Below are positions 1 to 14,305 of a stretch of 64,000 bases of DNA, one piece after another. Position numbers and translations under genes: made by a program. The first letter of the stretch is position 1; each line of letters starts with the position of its first letter. Below the pieces are notes generated by a model. The model saw only the letters and a program-made list of their open reading frames with translations. It ran no database searches and was not told the DNA's origin. Source of the stretch: Octopus vulgaris (lineage: Eukaryota); assembly GCA_951406725.2 (NCBI GenBank), contig OX597829.1, positions 17,856,001-17,920,000 of the forward strand. Reading direction: 5' to 3'.

Positions 1-128
1 GTGTTTACGTCCCCGTCACTTAGCGGTTCGGCAAAAAGAGACCGATAGAATAAGTACTAAAAGGTGGTACTCCAGCATGGCCGCAGTCAAATGACTGAAA
101 CAAGTAAAAGAGTAAAGAGTAAAAGAGT
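1..128 (+). mobile_element. SINE family A, 3' part (cut by window edge)
   Basis: Near-identical to the 3' half of the full copies at 8250-8670 and 26684-27133; ends in hairpin CAGTCA-AA-TGACTG and an (AAAGAGT)n tail. Confidence 0.85.
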
Positions 129-283
129 ATATATGTATGTATGCATATATATTTATATATTATTTATATTATATGATTGAACGCCACGCATCCATTTCGA
201 AGTAAGTTTTATATACATATATATGTATGTATGAATGTATGTATGTATATATTATATATGTATGTATGTATATACATATGTAA

Positions 284-409
<126 letters not shown>

Positions 410-424
410 GTATATATATGTATG

Positions 425-507
<83 letters not shown>

Positions 508-628
508 ATATATAACTTCAAGTCTCTCCTTATGCCTTTTTCTCTACCTCCTCTGTCACTTTCTCTCCGTCTTCCTCTCTTATCATCATCTTCATGTTGT
601 TGTTGTTGTTTCGTGGTGGTCGTGGTGG

Positions 629-663
<35 letters not shown>

Positions 664-1005
664 GAAGTGTTGGTGTTCGTGGTGGTGGTGGTGGTGGTGA
701 GAATGACGGTAGGTAAAAGGAGGTGTTAGTGATGGAGCTAGTCGCGATGGTAGTGGTGCTGGTGTTCAAGTAAGCGACTGATTAAGTCAACCAACCAAGC
801 ATGTTTCTTTTTTTTGTAAAAGTGTCATTCGTCAAAACTGTCAGCCCTCCACTAACACTCATGATTTTTTGGAGAAGATTTTGGCTCTAACATCAGCTTT
901 TTGATTAAAGAAATTGCTCGGCAATTGCCGTGACTCAAGATTGGACTCCGGTACACGCTACTTTGGGAAAGTACCTTCCACTTTAGACTCCAATTAACCA
1001 ATACC

Positions 1006-1237
1006 TATTTCTTTACTACCCACAAGGGCCTAAACACAGAGAGGACAAACAAGGACAGACAAACGGATTAAGTCGATTACATCGACCCCAGTGCGTAACT
1101 GCTACTTATTTAATCGACCCCCGAATGGATGAAAGGCAAAGTCGACCTCGGCGGAATTTGAACTCAGGACGTAACGGCAGACGAAATACGGCTACGCATT
1201 TCGCCCGGCGTGCTAACCGTTTCCGCCAGCTCGCCGT
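1006..1237 (-). mobile_element. SINE family B, full copy with 15-bp target-site duplication
   Basis: Reverse complement reads GGCGAGCTGGCGGAAAC...GAGTTCAAATTCCGCCGAGGTCGAC...GTAAAGAAATA; direct repeat CAATTAACCAATACC at 991-1005 and 1238-1252. Confidence 0.9.
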
Positions 1238-1527
1238 CAATTAACCAATACCATATGAATGAAATTTGGCATATGGAGACTGTGCGGAACATAATTGTGT
1301 GTGTATACATGTGTATACATGTGTATATACGTGTATGTTTTTTGTGTGTGTATGTATGCGTATGTATGTATCTTGACATTTAGTTCCCTTGCGCCTCGAC
1401 CTAAACGTGTGTTGTATTGATGAATGTTTCGACCCCACCTTCGTCACCTGAAAACAACTTAAATTCCTCTTCCTCTTTTACTTTAACTCACATCTCCTTA
1501 GAATTCCCTTCCTCTATTCCTGATACC

Positions 1528-1755
1528 TATTTCTTTACTACCCCTAAGGGGCTAAATACAGAGAGGACAAACAAGGATAGATAGACGGATTAAGTCGATT
1601 ACATCGACCCCAGTGCGTAACTGGTACTTAATTTATCGACCCCAAAAGGATGAAAGGCAAAGTCGACCTCGGCGGAATTTGAACTCAGAACGTAGCGGCA
1701 GACGAAATACCGCTCAACATTTCGCCCGACGTGCTAACGATTCTGCCAGCTCGCT
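1528..1755 (-). mobile_element. SINE family B copy
   Basis: High identity to 1006-1237 including the B-box-like GAGTTCAAATTCC and the 3' tail. Confidence 0.9.
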
Positions 1756-2795
1756 TTCTCAACATCCCTGTTAACTTCCACCACTCTAACTACATCCATT
1801 TTGTTAAAAACTGACCGATTCTCACTCACGACTATTTTGACTTGCCCTCCTTCTAACTCACTCTGGCCAAACACTCCATTCCCTTCTCTTAATTTCTCCG
1901 ACCATCTCCTCCGAAGCCGCCAAACATGATTTTCAGACACGGTCTCAATACATAATTAAACACTTTAGTTTAAGTGGCTGCATTTCATCAACAAGCACCA
2001 TGCAGGCACTGCACCTTCGTCTCCCACCTCTATGTCCACACCACTGAAAACTGCCTTCTTTTCACTCTCAACGACTAACTTCCCGACTATTTCTGCAGTA
2101 CACTGTTTTATACATATTCCAAACTCATCGATCCTATGCTATCAATTCCTACATCTTCGTCTATCCACCTCTCTCCTCTTTTAAATATCTTTAATCAACG
2201 AGATTTACTCTTGTTCATTCCTTTCCCTAAACCTGCACCCAGCCTGGATCGATTCCTTTCTTGATGTTATCCGGGTAAATTTACGTCATGAAAATAGAAA
2301 CAAAGAAAATACTTTGTGAAATTCGCATAAGAAAATAGAAAGCGTTTACATTTTTATCTAAATAGGCTACCGGTTTCAATCATTTTAAAAAGGCTATTTA
2401 GTCATTATAAATAAAGGGAAAATAAATTGAGAAAATTGAAATTAAGTTAATGAATTCTACATGTTTCTCTTAAGTACAAATGATACTGATGTTGCCAAAC
2501 AACAATGAAAAGGAAACCTTGTACCATGTAACTCTTTTAGAGAAAACATGTGAACATTTAATTTAAACTATTTCAATTTATCTTCTCTTTTATTTCAGTA
2601 TGACAGCATAAAATATGTAACACTTTCTTACCGTTTTCCATGACAATATTCTCAGAGTATTTAGAGCATTTTCTTCTTTTAATTTTATTCTCAATACACA
2701 TACACATATGCACACACACACAGAGTTTACTGTGTCGTTAAAGAAAGAGTTAACAAAAAGAAAGTACTCTATCCAGTGTGAGATAAGTATCATTT

Positions 2796-3001
2796 AGTAT
2801 ACACAATTTAAGAAAAGCTACTAACAGTTTCATGCTGAAAGGATACAGTTTGATTGAATCAAACTAAGATGAATCGGCTCTGAATTGAAGAAGTAAAATT
2901 ACTTGATCACTCCATTCTTTTAATTTATCTTTATATCTGCCAAATTATTGTATCTCTACAGCATGAAACTATTAGCAGCCCGTTTTTAAATTGTGTCCAC
3001 T
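2796..3001. mobile_element. Putative MITE with ~55-bp imperfect terminal inverted repeats
   Basis: AGTATACACAATTTAAGAAAAGCTACTAACAGTTTCATGCTG at left is the reverse complement of CAGCATGAAACTATTAGCAGCCCGTTTTTAAATTGTGTCCACT at right, with mismatches. Confidence 0.6.
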
Positions 3002-3194
3002 CTATCAATATGCCTGACCATTCCTTCCTCAAGCCTCCTCTCTAAACTTTTTCCTCTTCTAACGAATAGCCATGATCGAAGCGTCATTTCCACGTTTTTT
3101 TTTTTCTTGCATCTAAACCACTCACTTAGCGTCAATCTAATATATTCACTGTGTACGTCTAATTGGCTTTTGATCCTTTTACGTCTTTTTTATG

Positions 3195-3241
<47 letters not shown>

Positions 3242-3688
3242 TAATATATATATATGTATATGTGTGTATTTGCGTGTGTATGTAGGTATATAGGTATGTA
3301 TATATAAATATATGAATATATATAAACATACATATATAAAGGCTCCATATTGTATGACAAACATTCAAAATGGCTGTTTTTCTCTTCCTCACAAATCAAA
3401 ATATTAAAATATTTTGTATTTCACTCCTAATTGCTGAATAACATACAATTGCGAAAACACAATTGGCACTGTATAAAAAAAATTGAAAACTTTATATTTC
3501 AGTTAATTAAATGTGAATAAAATAAATTAATATTTTTGTTATCATAACTAAACGAAGCGTTAAAATGACAGGAGGCCAGCAGTGGTGGTGAAACGAAATT
3601 AAAATTTTTGTATTCGTAACTATCTTACTGCTTGATTTGAACAGCTCATACTATATAAAACCTCATTTGTAGTGATAGCTTGAATATT

Positions 3689-3855
3689 GGTTTCAAATTT
3701 TGACAGGAGGCCAGCAGTTTCAAGGAAGGGAGTAAGGCTAATATTTCGACCCCATTGCTCAACTGGTACTTATTTTATCAAACTCAAAAGGATGAAAGGC
3801 AAAGTCGAACTCGTAACGAAAAGACGGACTAAATGCTGCTAAGCTTACCGCCTTC
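3689..3855 (-). mobile_element. Old, diverged SINE B-type copy with the alternative tail
   Basis: AAAGGATGAAAGGCAAAGTCGA core plus GGTTTCAAATTTTG tail as at 12100-12184 and 50457-50670. Confidence 0.7.
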
Positions 3856-4077
3856 GTGATAGGCTGAATATTGAAAACTAATTTTATCCGTGGATTTTTA
3901 TTAATTTACGAAAGCTAGCCTGCTACGTCTTATAGGACACTCTAATGTTTAGTATTTAGGGCAGGCTTTTTCATACAGTCGTAGGATCAGTCGAATTTCA
4001 CTTAACGCTGATATGATCATTAATACGAAGCAAATGCAGATGAAGTCTTATATTATACTAACGCACGGTCGGATAGA

Positions 4078-4093
4078 CGACGACGACGACCGC

Positions 4094-4125
<32 letters not shown>

Positions 4126-4188
4126 GGGTGGTGGTTGTGGTCATGGTGATGATGATGATGATGATGATGGTTGCGGTCATGGTGGTGT

Positions 4189-4229
<41 letters not shown>

Positions 4230-4412
4230 GTGATAATGAAGATCATGATCATGATCATGATGATAATGATGTTGATGATAGTGGTGATGGTGGTGGTGGT
4301 GACGGTGATGATGATGAGGAGGAGGATAATGATGATGATGATGGTGGTGGTGGTGGTGGTGGTGATGGTGGTGATGGTGATGATGATGATGGTGATGATG
4401 ATGAGGATGATG

Positions 4413-4469
<57 letters not shown>

Positions 4470-4530
4470 GTGGTGATGGTGGTGGTGGTGGTGGTGGTGG
4501 TGATGGTGATGATGATGATGATGATGATAA
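4078..4530. repeat. Compound (GAT)n/(GGT)n trinucleotide microsatellite
   Basis: Direct reading; produces the spurious poly-D/G, poly-M/V and poly-I/T ORFs. Confidence 0.95.
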
Positions 4531-5996
4531 CGACAACGACAACGATGATTATAACGAGAGAGTGACGACGTTGAGGGGGTAGAGGATGAGAGAGGAGGGA
4601 GGAGAGACTAGCTACGACGACGATGGCGACGAGTATGATCATCACGATGACGTTGGCGACGACCCGGGAGGACAACAACGAGGACGAGATGGGGGCCCTA
4701 CGAGGCCCTACGAGGAAGAGGAGGAGAAGGAGGCAGAGGAGAAGGCGAATTAAGGCGATGCAGGTCGAAGCGGAGAAGGAAGCGAAAGAAGAGGTGGAGT
4801 AGGAGGAGGAGGAGGAGGAGAAAGATTTATTTAAATGCAGCATTGTTGTGTTTAATTAAGATGATGGCGTTATATTTTATTACCGCTGTTGTTGTTGTTG
4901 TTGTTGTTTCACTTGTCAAAGCGTTTCCTTTTTTTATTTTCCCTTTCTTTATTGCTTTGTTGTTGCTGTTGTTGTTGTAGTTGCTTTTGTTAGATTTGTT
5001 GCTTCGGCGTGTGAGTGTATGTGCGTTAGTGTGTATGTGCATATGTGTGTGTGTGAGCATGTGTGCGTGTGTGTGTGTGTGTACGTGCGTGTATGTGTGT
5101 GTGTATGTGTGTGTATATGTGCGTGGATGTATGTGTGTGCGTGGATGTATGCGTGTGCGCGCACGCGCGTGTACGTGCGTGTGTATGTGTGTGTGTGCGC
5201 GCAAGCGCGTGTATGTGTGTGTGTGTATATGTTTGCATGTGAATGTGTGTGCGTGTATGTGTATGTGTATGTATGGGTCTGCGTGTGGTGTGTTTGCGTA
5301 TGTATGTGCATGCATGTGAGTGTGCATGTGTGCGTCTGTGTGGGCACGTGAATGTGTGCGTGTTTGTGTGTGTATGTGTGTGTGTGCACGTATGTTTGTG
5401 TGTGCGTATGTGTGTGTGTATGTTTTCTGTTCACTTTTTTTTTTCTTTTACTCGTTTGATACAAAACATAGATGTTTATCTTAAATTCCTCCATTTTCTA
5501 CGTCACCAAGTCTGTCACAATCATTAATCAAAATGAAGGTTTCATTTTTTGCCCCCCTTCATTTATATATTCTTTTCGTCTCCCCTTCTTTATTCTGCAA
5601 TATATATATTTGATGATGATGATGATGATGATAGCTGTAGTGGTACTGGTGGTGGTACTGGTGGTGGTACTAGTGGTGGTGGTGGTGGTGGTGGTGGTGG
5701 TGGTGGTAGCGGTGATGGTGATGGTGGTGGTTATGGTGGTTGTTGTGGTGGTGGTGCTACTGCTGCTGCTGCTGATGATGATGATGCTGTTGTGCTGGTG
5801 TTGTTTTTGTTATTGGTGGTTGTGGTGGTGGTCACGATGGTGACAATGATGATGATGATGATGATGATGATTAAAATATAAGGAACCACAATCTCTGCCA
5901 CCCAAATGCAATTTATTGCTGCAAAATTTCAATAAAATGTTGCTTTTCCATTAAAATTTAATAACTTCTGATTTTTCTTTCTTTTTCATAGACATC

Positions 5997-6057
<61 letters not shown>

Positions 6058-6194
6058 GTGCGTGTGCGCGTGTGTGCGTGTGTGTGTGTGCGTGTTTTCA
6101 AGTGCGTTTTCAAGAATTAGGAGTAGGGGACGATATATGTAGATATATGAGTGTGTGGTCTTGTGCGTATCTGACTGTGTATGAAAGTATGTGC

Positions 6195-6225
<31 letters not shown>

Positions 6226-6339
6226 AGACTGTCTGTCCGTGTGAATGAGCGTGATTTAATAGACATGTGCCTGTAAATGTTCATGTGATTGGACATAGCA
6301 TATGCATGTGTGTATGAAACGCGTACGTACATATATATA

Positions 6340-6375
<36 letters not shown>

Positions 6376-6560
6376 TGTATGAATGTATATATATTATATA
6401 TATTATACATATATATATGTATATATACATATATATATACATGTATATATATATATGTATGTATATATATATGTATGTATATATATGAGAAAAGATATGT
6501 AAGCGTATTTCAATCGGTCCTAGTTATGTATGTGTATACGTGTCTATATATATTTTTATA

Positions 6561-6725
6561 TACCGGAGTAAACACATAAGTGTGAAACAAGGTGGAAAAA
6601 AGAGTACTCAAATACCAGGGGTAGAGTAATATGCTTTATTTAAAAGCAGCAGAAATTTAACAAATGCTGTTACTCGGAGTTTCACGTTTCCGTTCGTCGG
6701 ACAGTTTTGTTAACAAAAATAAAGT
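6561..6725 (-). mobile_element. Short non-autonomous Penelope-like (pLTR-type) element carrying a hammerhead fold
   Basis: High identity to 12705-12859 in opposite orientation; flanked by TA-rich tracts; contains HHR at 6667-6704. Confidence 0.7.
6667..6704 (-). ncRNA. Minimal type-I hammerhead ribozyme (U4C variant)
   Basis: Minus strand: CUGU-CCGACGA-ACG GAAA CGU-GAAA-CUCCGA-GUA-ACAG; stem I CUGU/ACAG, stem II ACG/CGU, near-palindromic stem III ACUC-C-GAGU, GUA triplet. Confidence 0.75.
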
Positions 6726-6730
6726 ATATT

Positions 6731-6893
<163 letters not shown>

Positions 6894-6969
6894 GTATATT
6901 TATGTTTGTTTTTATGTTCATTTTACATTAATCGGATGTCTTACTCTGTACTATTATTCTTTCCTTCTT

Positions 6970-7190
6970 TTATACTCTTACTTGTTTCAGACAGTGGCCA
7001 TGCTGTAGCACCACCTTGAAGGGCTTTTGTCGAATAAATTGTCGCCAAGACTTATTTTTTGTGAGCCTAGTACTTATTCTATCGCTAAGTTACAGAGACG
7101 TAAACACACCAACTTCAGTTGTCAAATGTTGTTTGCGGGTCAAACACAAACACATTGACACAGGCACATGAAATATATACGCATATTATA
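6970..7190 (-). mobile_element. Degenerate SINE family A copy
   Basis: TACTTGTTTCAG...GGCCATGCTG...CCTAGTACTTATTCTATCG...GACGTAAACACACC matches the reverse complement of family A. Confidence 0.7.
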
Positions 7191-7204
7191 TATATTTGAT
7201 CAAA

Positions 7205-7790
7205 AATGGTGAAACAATATGGCATATTACTAGTCAATGTACTATCCCAGAAAGAATATAAGAGACGTCATGACAATACAGCAAGGATTATCCATTGGAC
7301 ACTTTGCAACAAATATGGACTTGACAGCAAAAACGTGGTACGAACATAAACCAGAAGGTGCCATCGAAAATGATATTGCAAAGATATTATGGGATTTTGT
7401 GATTCAGTACGACCATGAGATAGAGAATAGGACACCAGACGTAGTTTTTTATTGAGAATGAAGGCAAACGGTGCTGGATCATAGATATAGCACGCCCAGC
7501 TGACAACAAGGTATGCGATGAGGAAGAAAGAAAAGTTGTTAGATGTGATAGGTTAGTTTGGGATGTTGAGCAGTTGTGGTCGCTGAAAATGGTGGTAAAA
7601 ATTGAGAACAGTGAGTAAAAATCTTGAGAAGTACATGGAACGAATATAGGGGCTGTACTTGCAGAAAACGTCACTGTTTGGGTCCGCTCGAATACTCCGG
7701 ATAGTGGTCGAAAAATAAGGGGCGTTACCTTAGTTCACTAGTAGTAAACAGATGGCACCGTAGTACACCTCTAGCGTTAGAAGATGTGCA
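7205..7790 (+). mobile_element. R4/Dong-clade non-LTR retrotransposon 3' fragment (RLE domain, frameshifted)
   Basis: Frames give RRHDN..RIIHW, WYEHKPEGAIENDIAKILWDFVIQYDHEIENRTPDVV and CWIIDIARPAD, the PD...D restriction-like endonuclease region; followed by (AAG)n. Confidence 0.85.
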
Positions 7791-8133
7791 AAGACAATAA
7801 AAGAAGAAGAAGAGGAGGGGGAGGAGGAGAAGAAGAACAAAAAGAAGGAGGAGGAAGGGGAGTGGAGAAGAAGGAGAAAAAGAAGAAGAAGAAGAAGAAG
7901 AAGAAGAAGAAGAAGAAGAAGAAGAAGAAGAAGAAGAATATGCAATATTTTGAACAAATGGGTATATGTCAGTTACTATGGTGACGTGTTGAGTAAGTCA
8001 TATCTTTCCCAAATACGAACAATGTTAACTATCTTTCCTGAAATAGATCCAACGAAAATGTACCACAACTGCAGATGACACTAGGTAGCCCAAACCGAGG
8101 CTTTATCAAACATCTGCACACTAATTTGACACA

Positions 8134-8710
<577 letters not shown>

Positions 8711-8756
8711 AAACAAGTCAAAAATAGAAAATGCTAAGATAATTTTATAGTGAATC

Positions 8757-8800
8757 TTTCAGTACCGGTTTCGGTCATTTTGAGACCTTTTCAACTGTAA
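8757..8800 (-). ncRNA. Minimal type-I hammerhead ribozyme, U3-A8 core variant
   Basis: Minus strand: UUACAG-UUGAAAA-GGUC UCAAAAU GACC-GAAA-CCG-GUA-CUGAAA; palindromic stem III ACCGGU; element ends in (TA)n at ~8706. Confidence 0.7.
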
Positions 8801-8934
8801 CGATTAAATAATTAAATTTAGAAAAATTAGAAGAAAAGATTTTTTAAAGGAATATTTCTATAGTAGTGTTCAGATATAAGTGGCATTCTGCCTTTCTCTG
8901 ACTCCCTTGTTTGCACTTGTGTGTTCGAGGTCGT

Positions 8935-9007
<73 letters not shown>

Positions 9008-9110
9008 ATATGTATGTATATATGTATATATATATATATATTATAGATAGATAGAAAGATAGACAGAGGCCGACAGACAGATAGATAGATGTATGTATAT
9101 ATATCACATA

Positions 9111-9695
<585 letters not shown>

Positions 9696-10275
9696 TCAAG
9701 TGTTTGAACTTTAGCCTGTACCAGAAACCAGACTTTTAGTAATAGAACCTTATTACGCGTGGGAAAGAAATAAATAAAAAAACCTCAGAGATTTCTTAAT
9801 AATGCCGGCAGATACTTGAAAGCATACTGAAATGGCGGTCTATATGGTTCACAGAGTGACATGGACATTCAATATCTTTTTCTTTTTTCCACTTTAGATA
9901 AAATAAATAACGCTTAATAATCTGGGGAATGTTTTTTGACGATGATATAGTTCTAAGTTGTCAATCAGTCTTTAAAAATTATTACTGGAGAGAACAAATA
10001 TCTTTAAGAGGTAGAAGCGTCTGTGAAAGAAGGAAATATTGCTTGCTGAAGTCCTACCGGAATTGTACTTAGACCGGCTGATTAAGGTTTCATGTTGATG
10101 TTGACTACTAAATATGCTTGATGTAAGGTGTCTGAATATAAATTTAAAACAAAATGTAAATAAAATGTAAATAGACGAAAGTAAAACATTTATTCTGGCA
10201 AATCACAAATGCGCAATTAAAGAAACAGACAAACACACAAACAGGCACACAACACACACACACATGCATATATGT

Positions 10276-10337
<62 letters not shown>

Positions 10338-10563
10338 ATAAATGTGTGTGCGCGTGTGTGTTTGTGTATGTGTGTGTAGATTCATATTCGCTACTCGATG
10401 TAAACGACATTGCTGACTACGATGAAACTTTTAGAATTTTGTTAAAATTAAATGAATAAACTTAGAACATTCTGTTGTGTCTGGGGAAAGGCATTCTCTT
10501 TCGGTGCCTTTTTAATTTAACACACTCACCGGTAAAATTTCAATTTATTTCTTTTTCATTTTA

Positions 10564-10600
10564 CTAAAATTTTTGATGCGTCTTGCAACCTTTTCAATAG
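10564..10600 (-). ncRNA. Degenerate hammerhead fold (U3-A8; G12 lost)
   Basis: Minus strand: CUA-UUGAAAA-G-GUUGC AAGAC GCAUC-AAAA-AU-UU-UAG; stems I and II present but GAAA reads AAAA. Confidence 0.45.
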
Positions 10601-10699
10601 AACAGTTTTCTATGAAATAATGCTTGCCTCTGATTTTCATTGTGATAGTTTTTGTGTCTAAGGTTGAAGTTCTGTAGTTTTCTAAGAAGTTTAATTATT

Positions 10700-11281
10700 C
10701 TTTTCTACTCTAGATACAAGGCCCGAAGTTTTGGGGGAGGGGGCAGTCGATTAGATCGACTCCAGTACGCAACTGGTATTTAATTTATCGAACCCGAAAT
10801 GATGAAAGGCAAAGTCGACCTCGGCGGAATTTGAAATCAAAACGTAAAAACGGAAGAAATACCTATTTCTTTACTACCCACAAGGGGCTACACACAGATA
10901 AGACAAACAAGAACAGACAAACAGATTAAGCCGATTATATCGACCCCAGTGCTTAACAGGTACTTACTTTATCGACCCCGAAAGGATGAAAGGCAAAGTC
11001 GACCTCGACGGAATTTGAACTCAGAACGTAGCGACAGACGAAATACCTATTTCTTTACTACCCACAAGGGGCTACACACAGAGAGAACAAACAAGGACAG
11101 ACAAACAGATTAAGTCGATTATATCGACCCCAGTGTGTAACTGGTACTTATTCAATCGACCCAGAAAAGATGAAAGACAAAGTCGACCTTGGCGGAATTT
11201 GAACTCAGAACGCAGCGGCAGACGAAACACCGCTGAGCATTTCGCCCGGCGTGCTAACGTTTCTGGCCAGCTCGCCGCCTT
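10700..11281 (-). mobile_element. SINE family B tandem array (three bodies, ~184-bp period, last unit with older tail)
   Basis: GAAATACCTATTTCTTTACTACCCACAAGGGGCT junction occurs at ~10856 and ~11041; one head at 11281. Confidence 0.9.
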
Positions 11282-11828
11282 AATGAAGTTTAATTATTGA
11301 GACCGTATTTAGCTGTTAATTATAATTTTGCGACTTAAGAAAATACTATTGCTGTATTTTACGTAATATATTTTGTTTTAATTCTAAGTTGATATGCAAT
11401 GAACTACGCAGAAGGAAAACGCAGAGGGAAAAAATTTCGTCATCGGCGGCTTGGCTCTGACGAAAATATGCTTGCTTGGCTCAGTACGTGAACATGGAAT
11501 ATAGAGCTGACCACGTGACCTACAGGGATTAGTTCTACTCAGCCAACTTCTCTTGAAACTTATTGATGGATATTAAAAAAAAGGCATTGATACAAAAAAC
11601 TGAATTAGTATATTTGATTGGGATGAAGTTAATACGGGGGAAAAAATCTTATTTAGCCTAGGTAACCACAGCTGTAGTTTCGACCACATGTCACTTTGAC
11701 AGCGAGTTTTGTATCGTTACAGAGTTTTGGGGTATCTAAATTTCGTAGTAATATAGTGGGAGCGTGTAATTTCAGTTGCAGATTGTGAAGAGAAATACAA
11801 GTGAGCTGGAAAAAATTGAGTAGCTCTG

Positions 11829-11923
<95 letters not shown>

Positions 11924-11997
11924 GTTGTTGTTGTTGTTGTTGTTGTTGCTGTTGTTGTTGTTGCTGTTGTTGTTGTTGTTATTATTATTATTTAGAC

Positions 11998-12184
11998 TGT
12001 GAGCTGGCGGAATGTTTAGCAACATTTCGTCTGTCTTTGCGTTTTGAGTTCAAATTCCGCCGAGGTCGACTTTAACTTTCATCATTTCGGGGTCAATAAA
12101 ATAAGCACCAGTGGAGTACTGGAATCGATGAAATTGATTTACCCCCTCCTCCGAAGTTGCTGGCCTTGTGCCAAAATTTGAAAC
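11998..12184 (+). mobile_element. Old SINE B-type copy with alternative tail
   Basis: GAGCTGGCGGAATGTT...GAGTTCAAATTCCGCCGAGGTCGAC...GGCCTTGTGCCAAAATTTGAAAC, between (ATT)n tracts. Confidence 0.85.
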
Positions 12185-12212
12185 GATTATCATTATTATT
12201 ATTATTATTATC

Positions 12213-12270
<58 letters not shown>

Positions 12271-12576
12271 GTCAAGACGAAGAGCGCGATTCGATTGTAA
12301 GATATTTTATTAGTTGAGCGACAGTTAGTCTGTCTTGTCAAGTTTAAAATAAGAAGTGATAAAAATTCAAAATTATAAAAATTTAAATGTATGAACGAGA
12401 AGATTTACGTCAATCCTTTCTAAAATATTAATACAATCATCGAACAGGTTCGCGTAGATGGTGGCCATTCTCGTTCCCATGACCATTCCCGAGACTGTTG
12501 GTATAACTCACCCGCAAACGAGAAGCAGTTGAGTGGGAGAACAAGTTATACACATGCATACATATTACAAATATAT

Positions 12577-12577
<1 letters not shown>

Positions 12578-12670
<93 letters not shown>
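12578..12670. repeat. (GATA)n microsatellite
   Basis: Direct reading. Confidence 0.95.
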
Positions 12671-12679
12671 TTTAAAAAC

Positions 12680-12859
12680 CTGTTACTCGGAATTTCACGT
12701 TTTTTTTTAACAAAACTGTCTGACGAACGGGAACGTGTAACTCCGAGTAACAGCTTTTATTATATTTCCGCTGCTTTTAAATAAAACATATTACTCTACC
12801 TCTGGTATTTGAGTACTCTTTTTTCCACCTTGTTTAACATTTATGTGTTTACTCCGGTA
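12680..12859 (+). mobile_element. Second copy of the 6561-6725 HHR element, with a short inverted partial duplicate at its 5' end
   Basis: 12705-12859 matches the reverse complement of 6561-6715; 12680-12701 (CTGTTACTCGGAATTTCACGTT) is an inverted copy of the HHR 3' half. Confidence 0.75.
12716..12753 (+). ncRNA. Minimal type-I hammerhead ribozyme (canonical CUGACGA; A13U)
   Basis: CUGU-CUGACGA-ACG GGAA CGU-GUAA-CUCCGA-GUA-ACAG. Confidence 0.75.
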
Positions 12860-12871
12860 TATAGATAGATA

Positions 12872-14240
12872 TGTTTCTTTATTAGCCACACAGGGCTGCA
12901 CACAGACAGGACAAAATTACAAGGTAGAGCTTTTCTTTGGGGGGTAAAAGAAGGGGGTTTGGTTTTCGATCAAAAGGGATCGTAAATGGAAAGAAAGAGG
13001 ACAAAAACAGGAAGGGATAAAATAAAATTTTTAAAAAAAGGGAGGTGAGGAAAAAAAAGGGGAGGTGAGGAAAAAAAGGGGAGGTGAGGAAAAAAAAGGG
13101 AAAGGAAAAAATTGATCAATAGGGATCGTTATCACAGAAATGTCAATATGAAGTGTAAAGGGAAGGACAGGTGAGGTTTACCCGTGGAAAGAAAAGCCTA
13201 CGGAAAAGACCGCGGTAACCTCGGTCAATGAAGTCACATGTTATATTTCTTTTTTTTTTGCAAATAAGCAACTCTCTGTATTAATTTTTACGGTTCATAG
13301 AATCATAGTCATACGTGCCATCCTTGCTACATTCACCCATCTTTTTTTAAAACATTCACTAGACAAAACTTGCCTCTCTACTCTCACATTCCTCTTCAAG
13401 TGATACTTGAAGAAGTTGATGAGAGATTGACCAGAGAGGAAAGTGTTTGTCTCTAATCCTTTCAGGCGCGTCCACCAGATGCATTCTTTCGCCATAGCCA
13501 CAAGTATGATAAAAATAGCTCTTCCTTCCCGTTTGAAGGAAGGAGGCGTGACGATATTAACGATAGACTCGGCTGATAAACCGACACGTCCCACACGTGA
13601 CAGCAGTCGTTCGACATAAGCCCACAGGTCGGAGATTGTTGGACACTGCACGATTGCGTGCAGAGCGGTTTCGTCGCTCTGCCCGCATCTCGGGCAGGTC
13701 GGCCCCGTGTTTTTCGAGCCATGCCTATAGAGCTTATCCCGAACGGGTAGCGCTTCTCTGTAGCACCGCCAGGCCAGGGATCTCTGGAAGTTATCCATAG
13801 GTCCCGGCCCGAAATTCGTTTCAAACAGGTGGGTCAGGTATTCCTCTTCGACGCCCAGGTTTGCCCCAAGATCATCGTCGTACCTCCCCTCCACTAATCC
13901 CTTATAGAATGCTTTGGTTGTGTTGAAGTCACTCAAGGTCGACCCGGGACGGCAGAGTTGCTTGAGAGCAACGCGACACTCGCGGTGCCATTCGCCCTTC
14001 CTCGGCCTCTTTTTGATCCACGACTGCAGTTCGGTCATGGAGACGAGCTGTGGGAACGCGTGCCTCACAAACGGCGACCACACCTGTTCACCGTCGTTTA
14101 CATAGAGCCGGAGATGTCGCAGTCTCACCGCGTGTCTGCGCATCATCAACCACGGCATGCCCAGCCCTCCTTTTAACGGGTGTTGACAGCAAATGGATCG
14201 CCTGACCATCGGGACGCATCCTTTCCACAAGAAGCGGAAG

Positions 14241-14242
<2 letters not shown>
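12872..14242 (-). mobile_element. 5'-truncated Tx1/L1-clade LINE flanked by (GATA)n
   Basis: Open frame with GGLG and zf-RVT-like AWRCYREALPVRDKL...CPRCGQSDETALHAIVQCP; ~420-bp 3' UTR ending AATAAAGAAAC; GATA repeats at both ends. Confidence 0.9.
13295..14242 (-). CDS. C-terminal ~316 aa of Tx1-like ORF2 (end of RT region plus zf-RVT CCHC)
   Basis: Part of ORF 13295..14410; its N-terminal 55 aa are microsatellite read-through; no internal stop in the element-derived part. Confidence 0.8.

Positions 14243-14305
<63 letters not shown>

Noticed and set aside
1760-2280. Pyrimidine-rich stretch ending in an SFLDV-like codon run, possibly decayed Penelope RT
   Set aside because: No continuous frame or second motif; needs a profile search
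4013-4843. Acidic Asp/Gly-rich 189-aa ORF and overlapping ORFs
   Set aside because: Entirely (GAT)/(GGT) repeat, open in several frames on both strands, with no splice or domain evidence
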